A DNA stretch of 60,797 nt, taken from positions 1 through 60,797 of the forward strand of contig CALYBE010000001.1 in NCBI GenBank assembly GCA_944393735.1, read 5' to 3'. Below are positions 50,201 to 58,605 of this stretch, piece after piece. The position numbers and the translations under genes were made by a program. This DNA is from an uncultured Clostridia bacterium (GTDB lineage Bacteria > Bacillota > Clostridia > TANB77 > CAG-508). Within the stretch, counting starts at the first letter, position 1; the number at the start of each line of letters is the position of its first letter. The notes below the pieces were generated by a model that was given only the letters and a program-made list of their open reading frames with translations, was not told where the DNA came from and searched no databases.

Positions 50201-51768
50201 AATTAGCAGGATATATGATTCCAAATTTTCTAAAACAAATGGATAAATTTCCACTAACACCAAATGGAAAAATTGACAAAGCTAAATTACCATTTGACTT
50301 TTCAGTAAAAACACAATATGTAGAACCTAGAGATGAGTTTGAAAAAAGAGTAGCTAAAATATTTAAAAAACTATTTTTATTAAAAAAAATAAGTATTGAT
50401 GATAATTTTTTCGAATTAGGAGGAGATTCATTAACAGCAATAAAGTTTCAAATAGAAGCATTAAATGAAGGGCTAAAAATAACATATTCAGATATATTTT
50501 CAAATCCTACAATAAGATTGTTGTCAGAAAATAAAAATAAAAAAATAATATATAAAATAGATGAAAAATATGATTATTCAAGAATTAATGAAATTCTTGC
50601 TAAAAATGATATATCTAATTTAAAAAATAATATATCAAAAAAGAAAATAAATAATGTACTATTAATAGGAGCAACAGGATTTTTAGGAATACATATATTA
50701 GAACAATTAATCTTATCAAAGGCAAATAAAATATATTGTTTAGTAAGAAAAAAATCAACTATGGAACCAGAATCTAGGTTAAAAAACTATATGGAATTTT
50801 ACTTTGGAGATAAATATAATAATTTAATAGGAAACAAAATAATTGTAATTAATGGTGATATTACAGATAAAATGTTTGGACAAGGAAATGAGCAAGGATA
50901 TGAAAAGATTTCACAAAAAGTTGATTGTGTTATACATACCGCAGCAATAGTAAAACATTATGGGGATTTTAAAAAATTTAATGATACTAATGTTGAAGGA
51001 ACAATAAATGTTATTAATTTCTGTAAGAAATACAATAAAAAATTGTATTACATTTCAACACTAAGTGTATCTGGAAATGTAGCTAAAAAGTCTGGAGATG
51101 AAAAAACAAGAGGTTTTAAAGAAAGTGAATTTTACATTAATCAAGATTTAAGCAATGTATATGTATTTACAAAATTCGAAGCAGAAAAGAAAATATTTGA
51201 AGCGGCTCTAAATGGTTTAAATGTTTGCGTTTTAAGAATAGGAAACATGACAAATAGATTTTCAGATGGAAAATTCCAAATAAATATATCAGAAAATGCA
51301 TTTATAAATAGAGTTAGATCTATAATAAAACTTGGAGTAGTACAAGAGAAATTTTTAACACACGGGTTAGAATTTACACCAGTAGACTTATGTGCAGAGG
51401 CTATAGTTAAAATAATAGAGTCAGACCCAGAATTTACAGTATTTCATTTATTTAATCATAATTTCTTGAACATAGGCAAATTATTGCAAATCTTAGAAAA
51501 ATTAGAAATTATTATTAAACCTGTAAGTGATGAAGAGTTTAGAAACAAAATAGAGATAGCATTAAAAGATAGCAAGATGAGAAGTGAGATAAATGGTATA
51601 ATAACAGAATTAGATAAAAATAAATTGATGAATATAATAAGTTCTGTTATACCAAATTCTGATTTTACACAAAAATATTTAAAAAATCTGGATTTTGAAT
51701 GGCCAGAAATTGATATAACATACATAAGAAAATATATAGAATATTTAAAAAATATAAAATATATATAA
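41236..51768 (+). CDS. Trimodular nonribosomal peptide synthetase, C-A-T-C-A-T-C-A-T-R (terminal reductase)
   Basis: C-domain His motifs: HHLISDAW (aa 128), HHIIMDGTS (aa 1176), HHIILDGGS (aa 2208). Three A-domain cores: YTSGSTG(T/K)PKG, YKTGD, GRxDNQVK(I/F). Three carrier motifs: GGDS(L/I)TA with Ser at about aa 993, 2030 and 3065. The C-terminal SDR-type reductase has GATGFLG (aa 3145) and YVFTK. Confidence 0.95.
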   Translation: MKELTNPQKSIWVTEQYYKGSSVNNICGTAVIDENVDFDKLEKSIEIVCQKHDNFKLKFKIINGEVKQVLSESKKVKVDTIKVEGLKELEKYREKIVKTPFNLENSEIFKFYIFKFENGKGAFMLNVHHLISDAWTLAFICNEIIKTYSALKQNKEIETKAIYSYIDYIESEKEYQKSEKYQRDKKYWEEKFQTIPEVATIPGSKKGNIDLNDATGERKQFTLEKNKVEKIKKYCKINRISLYNFFMAVYAIYISEISNLEEFVIGTPILNRTNFKEKNAAGMFINMEPLRINLNGIKDFKTFIKNIAEDSMQMLKHQKYSYQCLLENLREKNKELPNLYNILISYQITNAQTNEAGIKYRTEWTFNGCCAENMDIQIFDLNDTGSLNIAYDYKTSIYEGSDIEKLHKRIVNIILQVIQRENIEIKDIEIITSTEKKKLLLDFNQTYLEYDTEKPIIKYFEEQVEKTPNNIAIVFENKVLTYRELNQRANSLGAYLRGNGVANDTIVGIMQERSAEVLIAILAVLKAGGAYIPIDPSYPDDRIEYMLEDSNAEFLLTDEKQKQRIKTDKKVINIKLNNKEIYGKNEENFENISEPEDLSYLIYTSGSTGTPKGVMLTQQNLSNFYYAMIENIEYLKDEKPHKIISITTVSFDIFEFETLISLTRGLTVYMTNENEQKITAELEKTIKENQIEIIQTTPSVMKFHLDNNINEENLKSLKYIMLAGEQLPRTLVNNLVRIIPEVTIYNGYGPSETTIFSSTKKVKDKEKVTIGRPIANTQIYILNTNKKLLPQGTIGEMYISGDGVGRGYMNKKEQTESSFISNPFIPGTIMYKTGDLGAFDEKGEITCYGRIDNQVKIRGLRIELSEIERQMQSIYNVADCVVIKKQVNGREALCAYYTQNGQVDESVIKTVLQSKLPQYMVPQYFIRLHQMPHTPNGKIDRKALPDPEIKETNKKIIKPRNEIDEELIKIIENMFNVEHISLTDTIFDLGGDSLTAISLLTKIASKFNVQLHLKDILSNNTIQDISDCIKVSKEIGNDKIKIYPAPKQEVYPLSTAQKRIYYHAKMIGENNTVYNMPGGILVDGLLDENKIKAVLQKIIERHETLRTAFILQDEYIVQKVDDDIEIEIPVYKEAEKDLKKILNHFSKPFKLENEPLIRAEIHYLDNKKTLLLIDAHHIIMDGTSLNNLIIEFNRIYNGDNLKKLPIQYKDYAVWENNFNKGEKIKEDEKYWLNKFKNTKFTQLNLPYDYKIPAYRSYKGDKITKVLEEKEFRKIERYAKKIGVSPYIFFISTFLVLLYKYTGQEEIILGTPIANRDINETKRIIGMFVNNIVIDGKINPEETFQDFLNKMKDQILNDLSNQPYPFDMLLKKLGIQTDNSRNPLFDIMFTYQNKEERTVKIDDKECEVIELYNHIAKFNLSLEIKPQIHTINLEYCTDLFKMQTIERMFEHYMNVIDRIMLDSNIKIKDIEIISAKEKNKILNEFNATKLEYSKDRTVIDFFEEQVQKNPNKIAVVFEDKKITYKEINEKANQIAKYIRDRGIKQNDIVGIMMLRSIELLSSIIGVLKAGACYVPIDPTYPQDRIEYMLKDSDAKLLIANHELLNNIKYDNKIFADYDNTEIYSQDIENFKKYTKAENLAYVIYTSGSTGKPKGVKITNQNLYNFIIGMKQIIDLDENKVMLSVTTICFDIFGLELWGSLTSGLTLVLANENEQNTPILMNKLCLKNKVNIMQTTPSRYSLIFEDQENLAFLNNMTDILVGGEPLDERVFIELQKNSNAKIFNMYGPTETTIWSTAKDLTNEKEITIGKPIANTQVYVLDENLKVVPIGIAGGLYISGDGVGQGYLNREDITKERYIENPYLKGNIMYKTGDICKFNEEGELYCFGRIDNQVKIRGLRVELDEIEKVIMQFPNIKKSKVVKQIVNNKEVICAYYVSNGKIKISELRNHLYKYLPNYMVPSYFTELEEFPYTPNGKIDSKALIPNVDNMEREKEIIKPINPKQQIIYDIFKKVLKLKEISIDDNFFEYGGDSITALMVQAQMAKENLSITYSDIFKYPTVRKLSEQVKNNTEVLKIKKAKEAEYYPTSSAQKRVYLTSNIDKNLNLYNITGGLIIDDVFDSKKLQEAVNKVVDRQEVLRTYFDITENGEIVQKIAKNLKVEIKEVEEKTNNIDEIFYKYQKPFDLNKPPLLRIYLIKLPNKKYLLMLDVHHIILDGGSLKIFLNEVISLYKGEELEDLQINYKDFAVWENEQLENNNFEKSKEFWKKQFENEIPILNMPTTYARPVKRDYKGECYIKIIPKETTEKIEKLTQNNNMTPYMIMLSAYYILLYKYTGQDDIIVGTPVSGRICHELEPLLGMFANSLPLRQQLSSNDRVMQFLNKVKEHCVECFSHQEYPFDVLIKELDIPRDTNRNPLFDTMFAYQNNGVENTKLYEISAEYYVPKSKTSKFDISLEVVPLENSMKLSFEYWTGLFDNKFISRFAEHYLNILNSIIENPEIEIKYVSMLDDDEKNKIIYEFNDNKLDYPKDKNIADLFEEQTSTNKNTIAVKYNNMEITYQELDEKSNHIANILNQKGIKTGDVVGVNLNRSIELIISILGILKIGAIYMPLYTEYPKERLEFMLQDSNAKLMICKHDNNLKFMGIKEIMADYKDIEKEKQVLYKNTILPEEIAYIIYTSGSTGKPKGVQIRHENLINFIYAFKEYYQNKINNKDKFLASTNISFDVSIWEIFLPLLSGATLVLYEEETIKDIYKYSEAIIENKITGIYIPPNILEEVYNIIKERKKDIKIDKMLVGVEPIRKTVLNKFYNLNEKMIIINGYGPTETTICCTALEYEKATEEGIVSIGRPLKNDHIYILSKDKNIQPIGVDGEIYVTGCGVGSGYINREEENRKNFLPNTFDKNSKMMYKTGDIARWNEDGTISFKGRNDNQVKFSGHRIELNEITHAIMEYPSIIKAYTDIKKKGDINYIVSYYISEKEIPTTDLKIFLKEKLAGYMIPNFLKQMDKFPLTPNGKIDKAKLPFDFSVKTQYVEPRDEFEKRVAKIFKKLFLLKKISIDDNFFELGGDSLTAIKFQIEALNEGLKITYSDIFSNPTIRLLSENKNKKIIYKIDEKYDYSRINEILAKNDISNLKNNISKKKINNVLLIGATGFLGIHILEQLILSKANKIYCLVRKKSTMEPESRLKNYMEFYFGDKYNNLIGNKIIVINGDITDKMFGQGNEQGYEKISQKVDCVIHTAAIVKHYGDFKKFNDTNVEGTINVINFCKKYNKKLYYISTLSVSGNVAKKSGDEKTRGFKESEFYINQDLSNVYVFTKFEAEKKIFEAALNGLNVCVLRIGNMTNRFSDGKFQINISENAFINRVRSIIKLGVVQEKFLTHGLEFTPVDLCAEAIVKIIESDPEFTVFHLFNHNFLNIGKLLQILEKLEIIIKPVSDEEFRNKIEIALKDSKMRSEINGIITELDKNKLMNIISSVIPNSDFTQKYLKNLDFEWPEIDITYIRKYIEYLKNIKYI

Positions 51769-51786
51769 ATATACAAGGAGATAAAA

Positions 51787-53601
51787 ATGGAAAATATAAC
51801 ACTGGGATTATTAATAATAGTAGCAATAGCAACTATCGAAGAATTAATTATAATAATAAAAGCAGTAAACAAAAGTCAATTAAGAGGAATATTCATCTGT
51901 AATTTAGCATGCATTTTGATTTGCTTATTCGGTCAAACAGCACAGCTTTTGTTGTCTGATAGGTTTAATATACCACCAATATATTTTGAATATATTGTAT
52001 ATATAGGAACATGCTTTTTACCAGTATTTGTTCTGCTTACGGGAATTATTTTTGCAAAAACGAAAATAGTATTTAAAAAAAGATATTTAGCTTTATTTAT
52101 AATACCAGTGTTATCTCTAATTATTTTATGGACAAACAATTATCATCACTTATTTTATGAAGTGTATTCTACAAATATGAATGAAACTGTATATGGAGTT
52201 TATTTTAATACTGTTCATACAGTATATACATATGCATTAGACTTAATAGGAATGGTATATTTATTAAGATATTCTATAAAAAATTCAGGAATGTTTTCAA
52301 AACAAGCAATATTGATTGCAATTGGTTGTGCAATACCTGTAGGAGTCAATATTTTAGGTGTTTTCCAAATAGTCCCAATGAGTATATATGTAACTCCAAT
52401 ATGTTTCTCAATAACAATGTTATTAACTGCAATAGCAATATTCAAATTTCATTTTTTAGGTGTTACACCAATTTCATTGCAAAAAATTGTTGATAGAATA
52501 TCAGATAGTTATGTAGTACTAAATGATGAGAATAATATAACTGATTTCAATAAAACATTTATTAAGACTTTCAAGATAGAAGATGAAAAAATAGTTGGTG
52601 AGAATTTTTTTGATTTTTTAGAAAGACATAAAGATTATGGAATAAATATAAAAAGACTAGAAAATGCAATCATGCAAGCAAAAGCTTCTAATAATACAGT
52701 ATCATATGAGCTAAGATGTGAAAAAATAGATAAATATTTCACGGTGGAAATAACTGAAATTAACTCAGAAAATGCTTCACTAGGAACTCTAATACTATTA
52801 AAAGACATAACACAGCACAAAAAAGACTTAGAAACTATAAAAAGCAATCAGGAAGTACTAATGGAAAGAGAAAGATTAGCATCATTAGGTCAATTAATAG
52901 GAGGAATAGCACATAACTTAAAAACACCAATAATGTCCATTTCAGGTGCAACAGAAGCATTAGAAGATCTCATTAAAGAATATGATGAATCAATTGATGA
53001 TCCTCTTGTAAACTCACAAGACCATCATGAAATTGCTGCAGAAATGGAAAGTTGGATTCCTAAAATAAGAACACATATAGAATACATGTCAGATATTATT
53101 ACAACAGTTAAAGGACAAGCTGTAGTTTTATCAAATGAAGATGATGTATCATTCACAGTTAGTGAACTTGTTAAAAGAGTAGATATATTAATGAAACATG
53201 AATTAAAAAATGCATATATATATTTAAATGTAATGATGAAAACAGATGAAAATTTAAGTTTGAATGGGGATGTAAACAGTTTAGTTCAGGTTGTAAATAA
53301 TATGATTTCAAATTCAATACAAGCATATAATGGACAACGAAATAAAAATATTGAGCTAGAAGTTAATCAAAGAGGAAACTATGTAATTTTCTCAGTAAGA
53401 GATTATGCTAGTGGACTACCTCAAGAAGTTCAAGATAAACTATTTAAAGAAATGGTTACAACTAAAGGAAAAAATGGTACTGGACTTGGATTATATATGT
53501 CTTATTCAACAATAAGAGCTCATTTTGGAGGAGATATTACTTTTGAAACCAAAGAAGGAGAAGGTACTACTTTTAATATAATTATACCAATAAAAAGATA
53601 A
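51787..53601 (+). CDS. Orphan sensor histidine kinase with a multi-TM N-terminal domain and a PAS-like linker
   Basis: About 6-7 TM helices lie in the first 230 aa. H-box GGIAHNLKTPI and G-boxes GTGLGLYMS are present. It starts 18 nt after the NRPS stop with an AAGGAG RBS. No response regulator is adjacent. Confidence 0.85.
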   Translation: MENITLGLLIIVAIATIEELIIIIKAVNKSQLRGIFICNLACILICLFGQTAQLLLSDRFNIPPIYFEYIVYIGTCFLPVFVLLTGIIFAKTKIVFKKRYLALFIIPVLSLIILWTNNYHHLFYEVYSTNMNETVYGVYFNTVHTVYTYALDLIGMVYLLRYSIKNSGMFSKQAILIAIGCAIPVGVNILGVFQIVPMSIYVTPICFSITMLLTAIAIFKFHFLGVTPISLQKIVDRISDSYVVLNDENNITDFNKTFIKTFKIEDEKIVGENFFDFLERHKDYGINIKRLENAIMQAKASNNTVSYELRCEKIDKYFTVEITEINSENASLGTLILLKDITQHKKDLETIKSNQEVLMERERLASLGQLIGGIAHNLKTPIMSISGATEALEDLIKEYDESIDDPLVNSQDHHEIAAEMESWIPKIRTHIEYMSDIITTVKGQAVVLSNEDDVSFTVSELVKRVDILMKHELKNAYIYLNVMMKTDENLSLNGDVNSLVQVVNNMISNSIQAYNGQRNKNIELEVNQRGNYVIFSVRDYASGLPQEVQDKLFKEMVTTKGKNGTGLGLYMSYSTIRAHFGGDITFETKEGEGTTFNIIIPIKR

Positions 53602-53662
53602 GAGGTGAAATCTAATTCTTTTCCAACCAAAATTATACATCAAGGAAGGAATAAGATAAAAA

Positions 53663-54040
53663 ATGTTAAAAAAAATCAAACAAGATATATATGAAAATCG
53701 AATTCCAATAATAATTATTATAATTTATATTATAGTAACCCAAACAATATTTGGAATGATTTGCCCATTTAGAATATTAACTGGTATATCATGTCCAGCA
53801 TGTGGGTTAACTCGTGCATCAATAAGCTTGCTAAAAGGAGATATACCAACTGCAATAAACTATAATCCAACAGTATTTGTATGGTGGACTTTCATAATAT
53901 TATTTTTTATAGATAGATATATACATAAATTCAAATTTAATGTTTTCCCAGCAGGAGCAATAATAGTAGGTGCAATTACATTAATATGGTATGCAAATAA
54001 CATTATACAAAATTCGATTTTTTTCTATAAAATATTGTAA
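53663..54040 (+). CDS. DUF2752-like membrane protein
   Basis: CPFRILTGISCPACGLTRA motif plus TM segments. Confidence 0.65.
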   Translation: MLKKIKQDIYENRIPIIIIIIYIIVTQTIFGMICPFRILTGISCPACGLTRASISLLKGDIPTAINYNPTVFVWWTFIILFFIDRYIHKFKFNVFPAGAIIVGAITLIWYANNIIQNSIFFYKIL

Positions 54041-54099
54041 ATATTTATAATTTATGATAATATAAATTTATAAATGACTAAAGAAAGGGGATAAAAAAT

Positions 54100-54378
54100 A
54101 TGGATAACCAAAATCAAAACATACCAGAAGAATTAAGACCAATAAGCATGTGGGGATACTTTGGATATGAAATTTTATTTTCAATACCATGTGTAGGACT
54201 TATTTTATTATTAGTTTTTTCATTTGGAGGAACTAGAAATATAAATTTAAAAAACTTTGCTCGTTCATACTTTTGCTTTTTACTATTAGCAGTTGTATTA
54301 ATTGGTATTATTTTAATATCTAGTGGTGCATTTGTATATTTTAACACAGTAAATAGTTTACACCCTGTATTAAGATAA
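54100..54378 (+). CDS. Small membrane protein (two TM segments)
   Basis: 92 aa, GGGG RBS, hydrophobic helices. No family is recognised. Confidence 0.45.
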   Translation: MDNQNQNIPEELRPISMWGYFGYEILFSIPCVGLILLLVFSFGGTRNINLKNFARSYFCFLLLAVVLIGIILISSGAFVYFNTVNSLHPVLR

Positions 54379-54464
54379 TATATGATTCAGTATGGAGAAG
54401 TACTTTAAATATAAAAAAATGGCGTAGGTTTTTATAAAACTACGTCATTTTTTTATTTGTTTTT

Positions 54465-55316
54465 TTAGGATTTTAAAGTGAAACACTTTCCATTCAAATA
54501 ATTTAAAATACCACTATCAGTAGAAAAATTAAATTGTAACTTATAACTACGAAGTTGTTGATATTTAAATCCAAATTGCTTATTAACAGAATTTATTCCA
54601 TATTTTCCATCACCAATAATAGGGTAGCCAATATGAGCAAGGTGAGCTCTAATTTGGTGAGTTTTACCAGTTTCAATTTCAACTTCTAATAAAGCTGTAT
54701 TATTATCATATTCTTTTAGTACAGAATATGAAGTAATTATTTTTTGATATCCATTTTTAAAAACATCTGAAATATATACAACAGATTTTTTATTATCTTT
54801 AAAAAGATATGCCTCAAGTTTAGCCTTTTTCTGTTTTGGAATGCCATATACTAAGGCTTGATAAAATTTCCTAATTTCATGATTTTTAAATTTATCAAGT
54901 AGAATATTTAAAGATACTTCATTCTTGGCAAACAAAATTAAACCTGTAGTATTCCTATCAAGTCTATGACAAGGCATAGGATTAATATTAGGATATTTTT
55001 TATGAACAATTGTAGTTAAGCTATTTTCACCAGTAACTTCTATATTTACAGGTTTATCAATAATTAAAATATTATCATCTTCATAAATTATTTTTAAAAC
55101 AAGTGAAGGAAATAACAAAGAATCTACTATATAAATAAGAATTTCATCATTTGCTGAAACTGTAACATCTTTATTAGTTCTAATTCCATTTATTTTAATA
55201 TCTTTTTGCCTTAAAGCTTTATACAAAGTATTTGAAGATAAGCTTGGGAAAGAATCTAAAATAAATTTCGAAAGTTTTTTTCCATTATATTTATCTGTAA
55301 CAATTAATTTTTTCAT
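54465..55316 (-). CDS. RluA-family pseudouridine synthase with an N-terminal S4-like domain
   Basis: HRLDRNTTGLILFAK catalytic motif, and GKTHQIRAHLA. Confidence 0.9.
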   Translation of the reverse strand: MKKLIVTDKYNGKKLSKFILDSFPSLSSNTLYKALRQKDIKINGIRTNKDVTVSANDEILIYIVDSLLFPSLVLKIIYEDDNILIIDKPVNIEVTGENSLTTIVHKKYPNINPMPCHRLDRNTTGLILFAKNEVSLNILLDKFKNHEIRKFYQALVYGIPKQKKAKLEAYLFKDNKKSVVYISDVFKNGYQKIITSYSVLKEYDNNTALLEVEIETGKTHQIRAHLAHIGYPIIGDGKYGINSVNKQFGFKYQQLRSYKLQFNFSTDSGILNYLNGKCFTLKS

Positions 55317-55528
55317 ATTACCTCAATTCTGTTTTTTTGTAAAATATATTGTTCTTGCACAATGAATATACCACATTTTTTTCCTATTTTCAATATGTCA
55401 AGTATAGAAAAATGACGAAAAAGTGAATAAAAGTGAGAAAAAATGAGCAATCTATTAATGAATAAGACTAAAATTAAAAACTAAAAAGTTCAAATGTAAT
55501 TAAAAAGTGGATATAAGAGCATCATTGT

Positions 55529-55557
55529 TTGCAAATAGAGTAAAATTATGGTATAAT
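55529..55557 (+). promoter_or_regulatory. Candidate extended -10 sigma-A promoter for the M23 peptidase gene
   Basis: TTGCAA, a 17-nt spacer, then TGgTATAAT (TATAAT at 55552-55557). Confidence 0.5.
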
Positions 55558-55637
55558 AGATTTCGGTCGCTAAAAAATACCAAAAGATAAATGAAAAATA
55601 ATAATGATAGATATTCATTTATAAAGAAGATAGGAGA

Positions 55638-56624
55638 GTGTATATTATTTTAAAAAAGAGACTAAAATACTATACGAAAGAAAGTTGTAGGTTTTTTAGC
55701 ATAGTGGCAATGGGATTTGGTTTAGTAATAGTGATTCTTTTATTAAAATATAAACCAACATATATGGTAACTGTATCTGGAGAGCAGGTAGGTTATATAG
55801 AAGATGTAACAGAATTTGAAGATAGAATACAAAATGAAATAATTGAAATGGAAGGTAAAAATATAGATTTTGTTACAATAGAAAATATGCCAAGTTATGA
55901 AATGAAATTAGTTGATAGAACTCAAGATACAAATGAAGATGAAATATTAGTAGCATTACAAAATAATGCAACAATAATGTATAAATATTATGCAATAATT
56001 TTAAATGATGAAGTTTTAAGCTATGTAGACAATATGGATGAAGCAGAAGCAGCTGTAAATCAAATTGAAGAAGAGCATAAAGATGACTCTATACAATTAG
56101 AATTACAGATAGCAACAAACTACACAGAAAATATTGAAGAAATAGGAATAGAAACAGTACAAGTTGCACAAGAACAAGTAGAAGAAAAAGTAGAAGCACT
56201 TATAGAAGAAGATGAAAAAACTAAAATGCCAGTGGTAAATGGAGTATTATTAGCAGTAACACCAGTAAGTGGAAGAATAACTTCCAGATTTGCAGAAATA
56301 AGTAACATAAGGTCAGGAGCTCATACTGGTACAGATATAGCTTGTTCAATAGGAACTCCAATAAAGGCAGTTGCAGATGGAACAGTTACATTTGCTGCAA
56401 GAAATGGATCATATGGTAACTTAGTAAAAATATCTCACGGAAATGGTGTTGAAACTTGGTATGCACATTGCAGTAAAATTTATGCTACAGTAGGACAAAA
56501 AATAGAAGCAGGAGATGTAATTGCAGCAGTAGGTGCAACAGGTAATGTTACTGGTCCACATTTACACTTAGAGATAAGAATAAATGGGGTAGCTGTAAAT
56601 CCACAAAAATATTTATACAAATAA
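55638..56624 (+). CDS. M23-family peptidoglycan metalloendopeptidase (start codon uncertain)
   Basis: N-terminal TM segment. The C-terminal LytM domain has HTGTDI, YAHCS and GPHLHLEI motifs. The annotated GTG sits only 1 nt after GGAG, so the true start may differ. Confidence 0.85.
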   Translation: MYIILKKRLKYYTKESCRFFSIVAMGFGLVIVILLLKYKPTYMVTVSGEQVGYIEDVTEFEDRIQNEIIEMEGKNIDFVTIENMPSYEMKLVDRTQDTNEDEILVALQNNATIMYKYYAIILNDEVLSYVDNMDEAEAAVNQIEEEHKDDSIQLELQIATNYTENIEEIGIETVQVAQEQVEEKVEALIEEDEKTKMPVVNGVLLAVTPVSGRITSRFAEISNIRSGAHTGTDIACSIGTPIKAVADGTVTFAARNGSYGNLVKISHGNGVETWYAHCSKIYATVGQKIEAGDVIAAVGATGNVTGPHLHLEIRINGVAVNPQKYLYK

Positions 56625-56680
56625 CTAACATTGAATTTTAGGAATACTCCTTAAATTCAAAAATTTGTTAATTTAAATTA

Positions 56681-56728
56681 AAAAGAACTGAACTTTAAGG
56701 GAATAATCCTTGAAGTTCAGTTCTTTTT
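56681..56728. terminator. Bidirectional terminator between the M23 gene and glmS
   Basis: A 20-bp stem AAAAGAACTGAACTTTAAGG / CCTTGAAGTTCAGTTCTTTT with flanking A- and T-runs. Confidence 0.75.
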
Positions 56729-56763
56729 GATAAACTCAAAAGAAAGTCTACCAAAGTCCGAAA

Positions 56764-58605
56764 CTATTCAACTGTTACAGATTTAGCTAGATTTCTAGGC
56801 TTATCAACATCTAATCCTTTTTCTTTTGAAATATAATATGCAAGTAATTGCAAAGGAACAATAGACAAGATAGGAGAAAGTAAAGTACAAGTATCTGGAA
56901 CATTAATAATAACATCAATATTATTGCTTGGTAATTCTTTATTTGTAATAACTAAAGTTTTTGCACCACGAGTAATAACTTCCTGAATATTACTAATTGT
57001 CTTTTCAACTAGTTTCTCATCTGTTAATATACTAATAACTGTAATACCACTTTCAATCAAAGCAATTGGTCCATGTTTTAATTCACCAGCAGCATAAGCT
57101 TCAGAATGAATATATGATATTTCTTTTAATTTTAGAGAACCCTCCAAAGCAGTATTATAATCTATACCTCTACCTAAGAAGAACATATCTTTTTCTTGAT
57201 AAATAGATTTTGCATATTCTTTCATTTGAGAAGAAGTTTTTAATGCACTTTCGATTTTTTCTGGTAAAGCTAAAATCTCATTTTTTAAATCTTTAATTTC
57301 TTCAACAGGAGCACTTCCTAAAACTTCAGCAAAGTAAATAGCTAAAATATTTAGTAAAACAACTTGTGAAGTATATGCTTTTGTTGAAGCAACAGCAATT
57401 TCTGGACCTGCATGTGTAAAAATAGAATAATCAGCTTCTCTAGTAATTGAACTACCTATAACATTTGAAATTGCAAGAGTTGTAGCACCTTTTGATTTTG
57501 CAAGTTTAAGTGCTGCAATAGTATCTGCGGTTTCTCCAGATTGAGAGAGATATATACATAAAGTATTTTTGTCAATAATAGGATTTCTGTATCTAAATTC
57601 AGAAGCAACATCTACAATAACTGGAATATTGCAAAGATGTTCAATTGCACATTTTCCAGAAAGACCAGCATGCATTGCAGTTCCACAAGCTACTATATAA
57701 ATTTTGTTTATACTAAATAAGAACTCTTTTGTAAAACTCAAATCTTCGAAATTACAAGGTTCATTTTCTGGTATTCTAGAACCTATAGTTTCTCTAATTG
57801 CATTAGGTTGCTCATAAATTTCTTTTAGCATGTAGTCTTCATATCCATCTTTATCAGCACTAGTTGCATTCCAGTCGATACTTGTTACTTTCTTATTAAT
57901 TTTATTTAAATCAAAATCATAAAATACAACTTGATCTCTTGAAAGAACTGCAATTTCGTAATTATCTAAAAGGTAAAAATCCTTTGTAAAAGATAAAATA
58001 GCAGGAATATCTGAAGAAATATAATTTTCTCCATCACCTTTACCGATAACAAGAGGGCTATCTTTTCTTACTACAATTAAATTATCTGGTAAATATTTTG
58101 TTATAACTTGAATTGCAAAACTTCCTTTCAAATCTTTACATGCATGTTGTACAGCACGTAATACTTTATTTTTGTCATCTACTTTATCTTTTGAATAATA
58201 ATAATGAATAAGGTTTGGTATAACTTCTGTATCTGTTTGAGAGCGGAAAGTATAACCATTTTTAACTAAGAAATTTCTCAAATCATTATAATTTTCAATT
58301 ATTCCATTATGAACAACAGCAAAACTGTTGCTATTATCTAGATGTGGGTGAGCATTTTCTTTTGAAGGTTTTCCATGAGTAGCCCATCTAGTATGAGCAA
58401 TACCAATAGTTCCTTCTAAATCATCAATTCCATCTAAATTGTATAAGTTTTTTACTCTTCCTTTGTCTTTCATAACAGAAAGACCATTTTTCTCAATAGT
58501 TGCTATTCCGGCAGAGTCATATCCTCTGTATTCTAGTCTTAAAAGACCATTAATCAATATAGGAGCAGCTTTTTTTGTTCCTATATACCCAATAATTCCA
58601 CACAT
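56764..58605 (-). CDS. glmS: Glutamine--fructose-6-phosphate aminotransferase
   Basis: MCGIIGY N-terminal nucleophile, two SIS domains, and C-terminal KPRNLAKSVTVE. Confidence 0.97.
   Translation of the reverse strand: MCGIIGYIGTKKAAPILINGLLRLEYRGYDSAGIATIEKNGLSVMKDKGRVKNLYNLDGIDDLEGTIGIAHTRWATHGKPSKENAHPHLDNSNSFAVVHNGIIENYNDLRNFLVKNGYTFRSQTDTEVIPNLIHYYYSKDKVDDKNKVLRAVQHACKDLKGSFAIQVITKYLPDNLIVVRKDSPLVIGKGDGENYISSDIPAILSFTKDFYLLDNYEIAVLSRDQVVFYDFDLNKINKKVTSIDWNATSADKDGYEDYMLKEIYEQPNAIRETIGSRIPENEPCNFEDLSFTKEFLFSINKIYIVACGTAMHAGLSGKCAIEHLCNIPVIVDVASEFRYRNPIIDKNTLCIYLSQSGETADTIAALKLAKSKGATTLAISNVIGSSITREADYSIFTHAGPEIAVASTKAYTSQVVLLNILAIYFAEVLGSAPVEEIKDLKNEILALPEKIESALKTSSQMKEYAKSIYQEKDMFFLGRGIDYNTALEGSLKLKEISYIHSEAYAAGELKHGPIALIESGITVISILTDEKLVEKTISNIQEVITRGAKTLVITNKELPSNNIDVIINVPDTCTLLSPILSIVPLQLLAYYISKEKGLDVDKPRNLAKSVTVE

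Noticed and set aside
56625-56763. Checked the region downstream of the glmS 3' end for a Tn7-like insertion (attTn7).
   Set aside because: There are only 139 bp with terminator hairpins between glmS and the convergent M23 gene. No transposon ends or genes are present.
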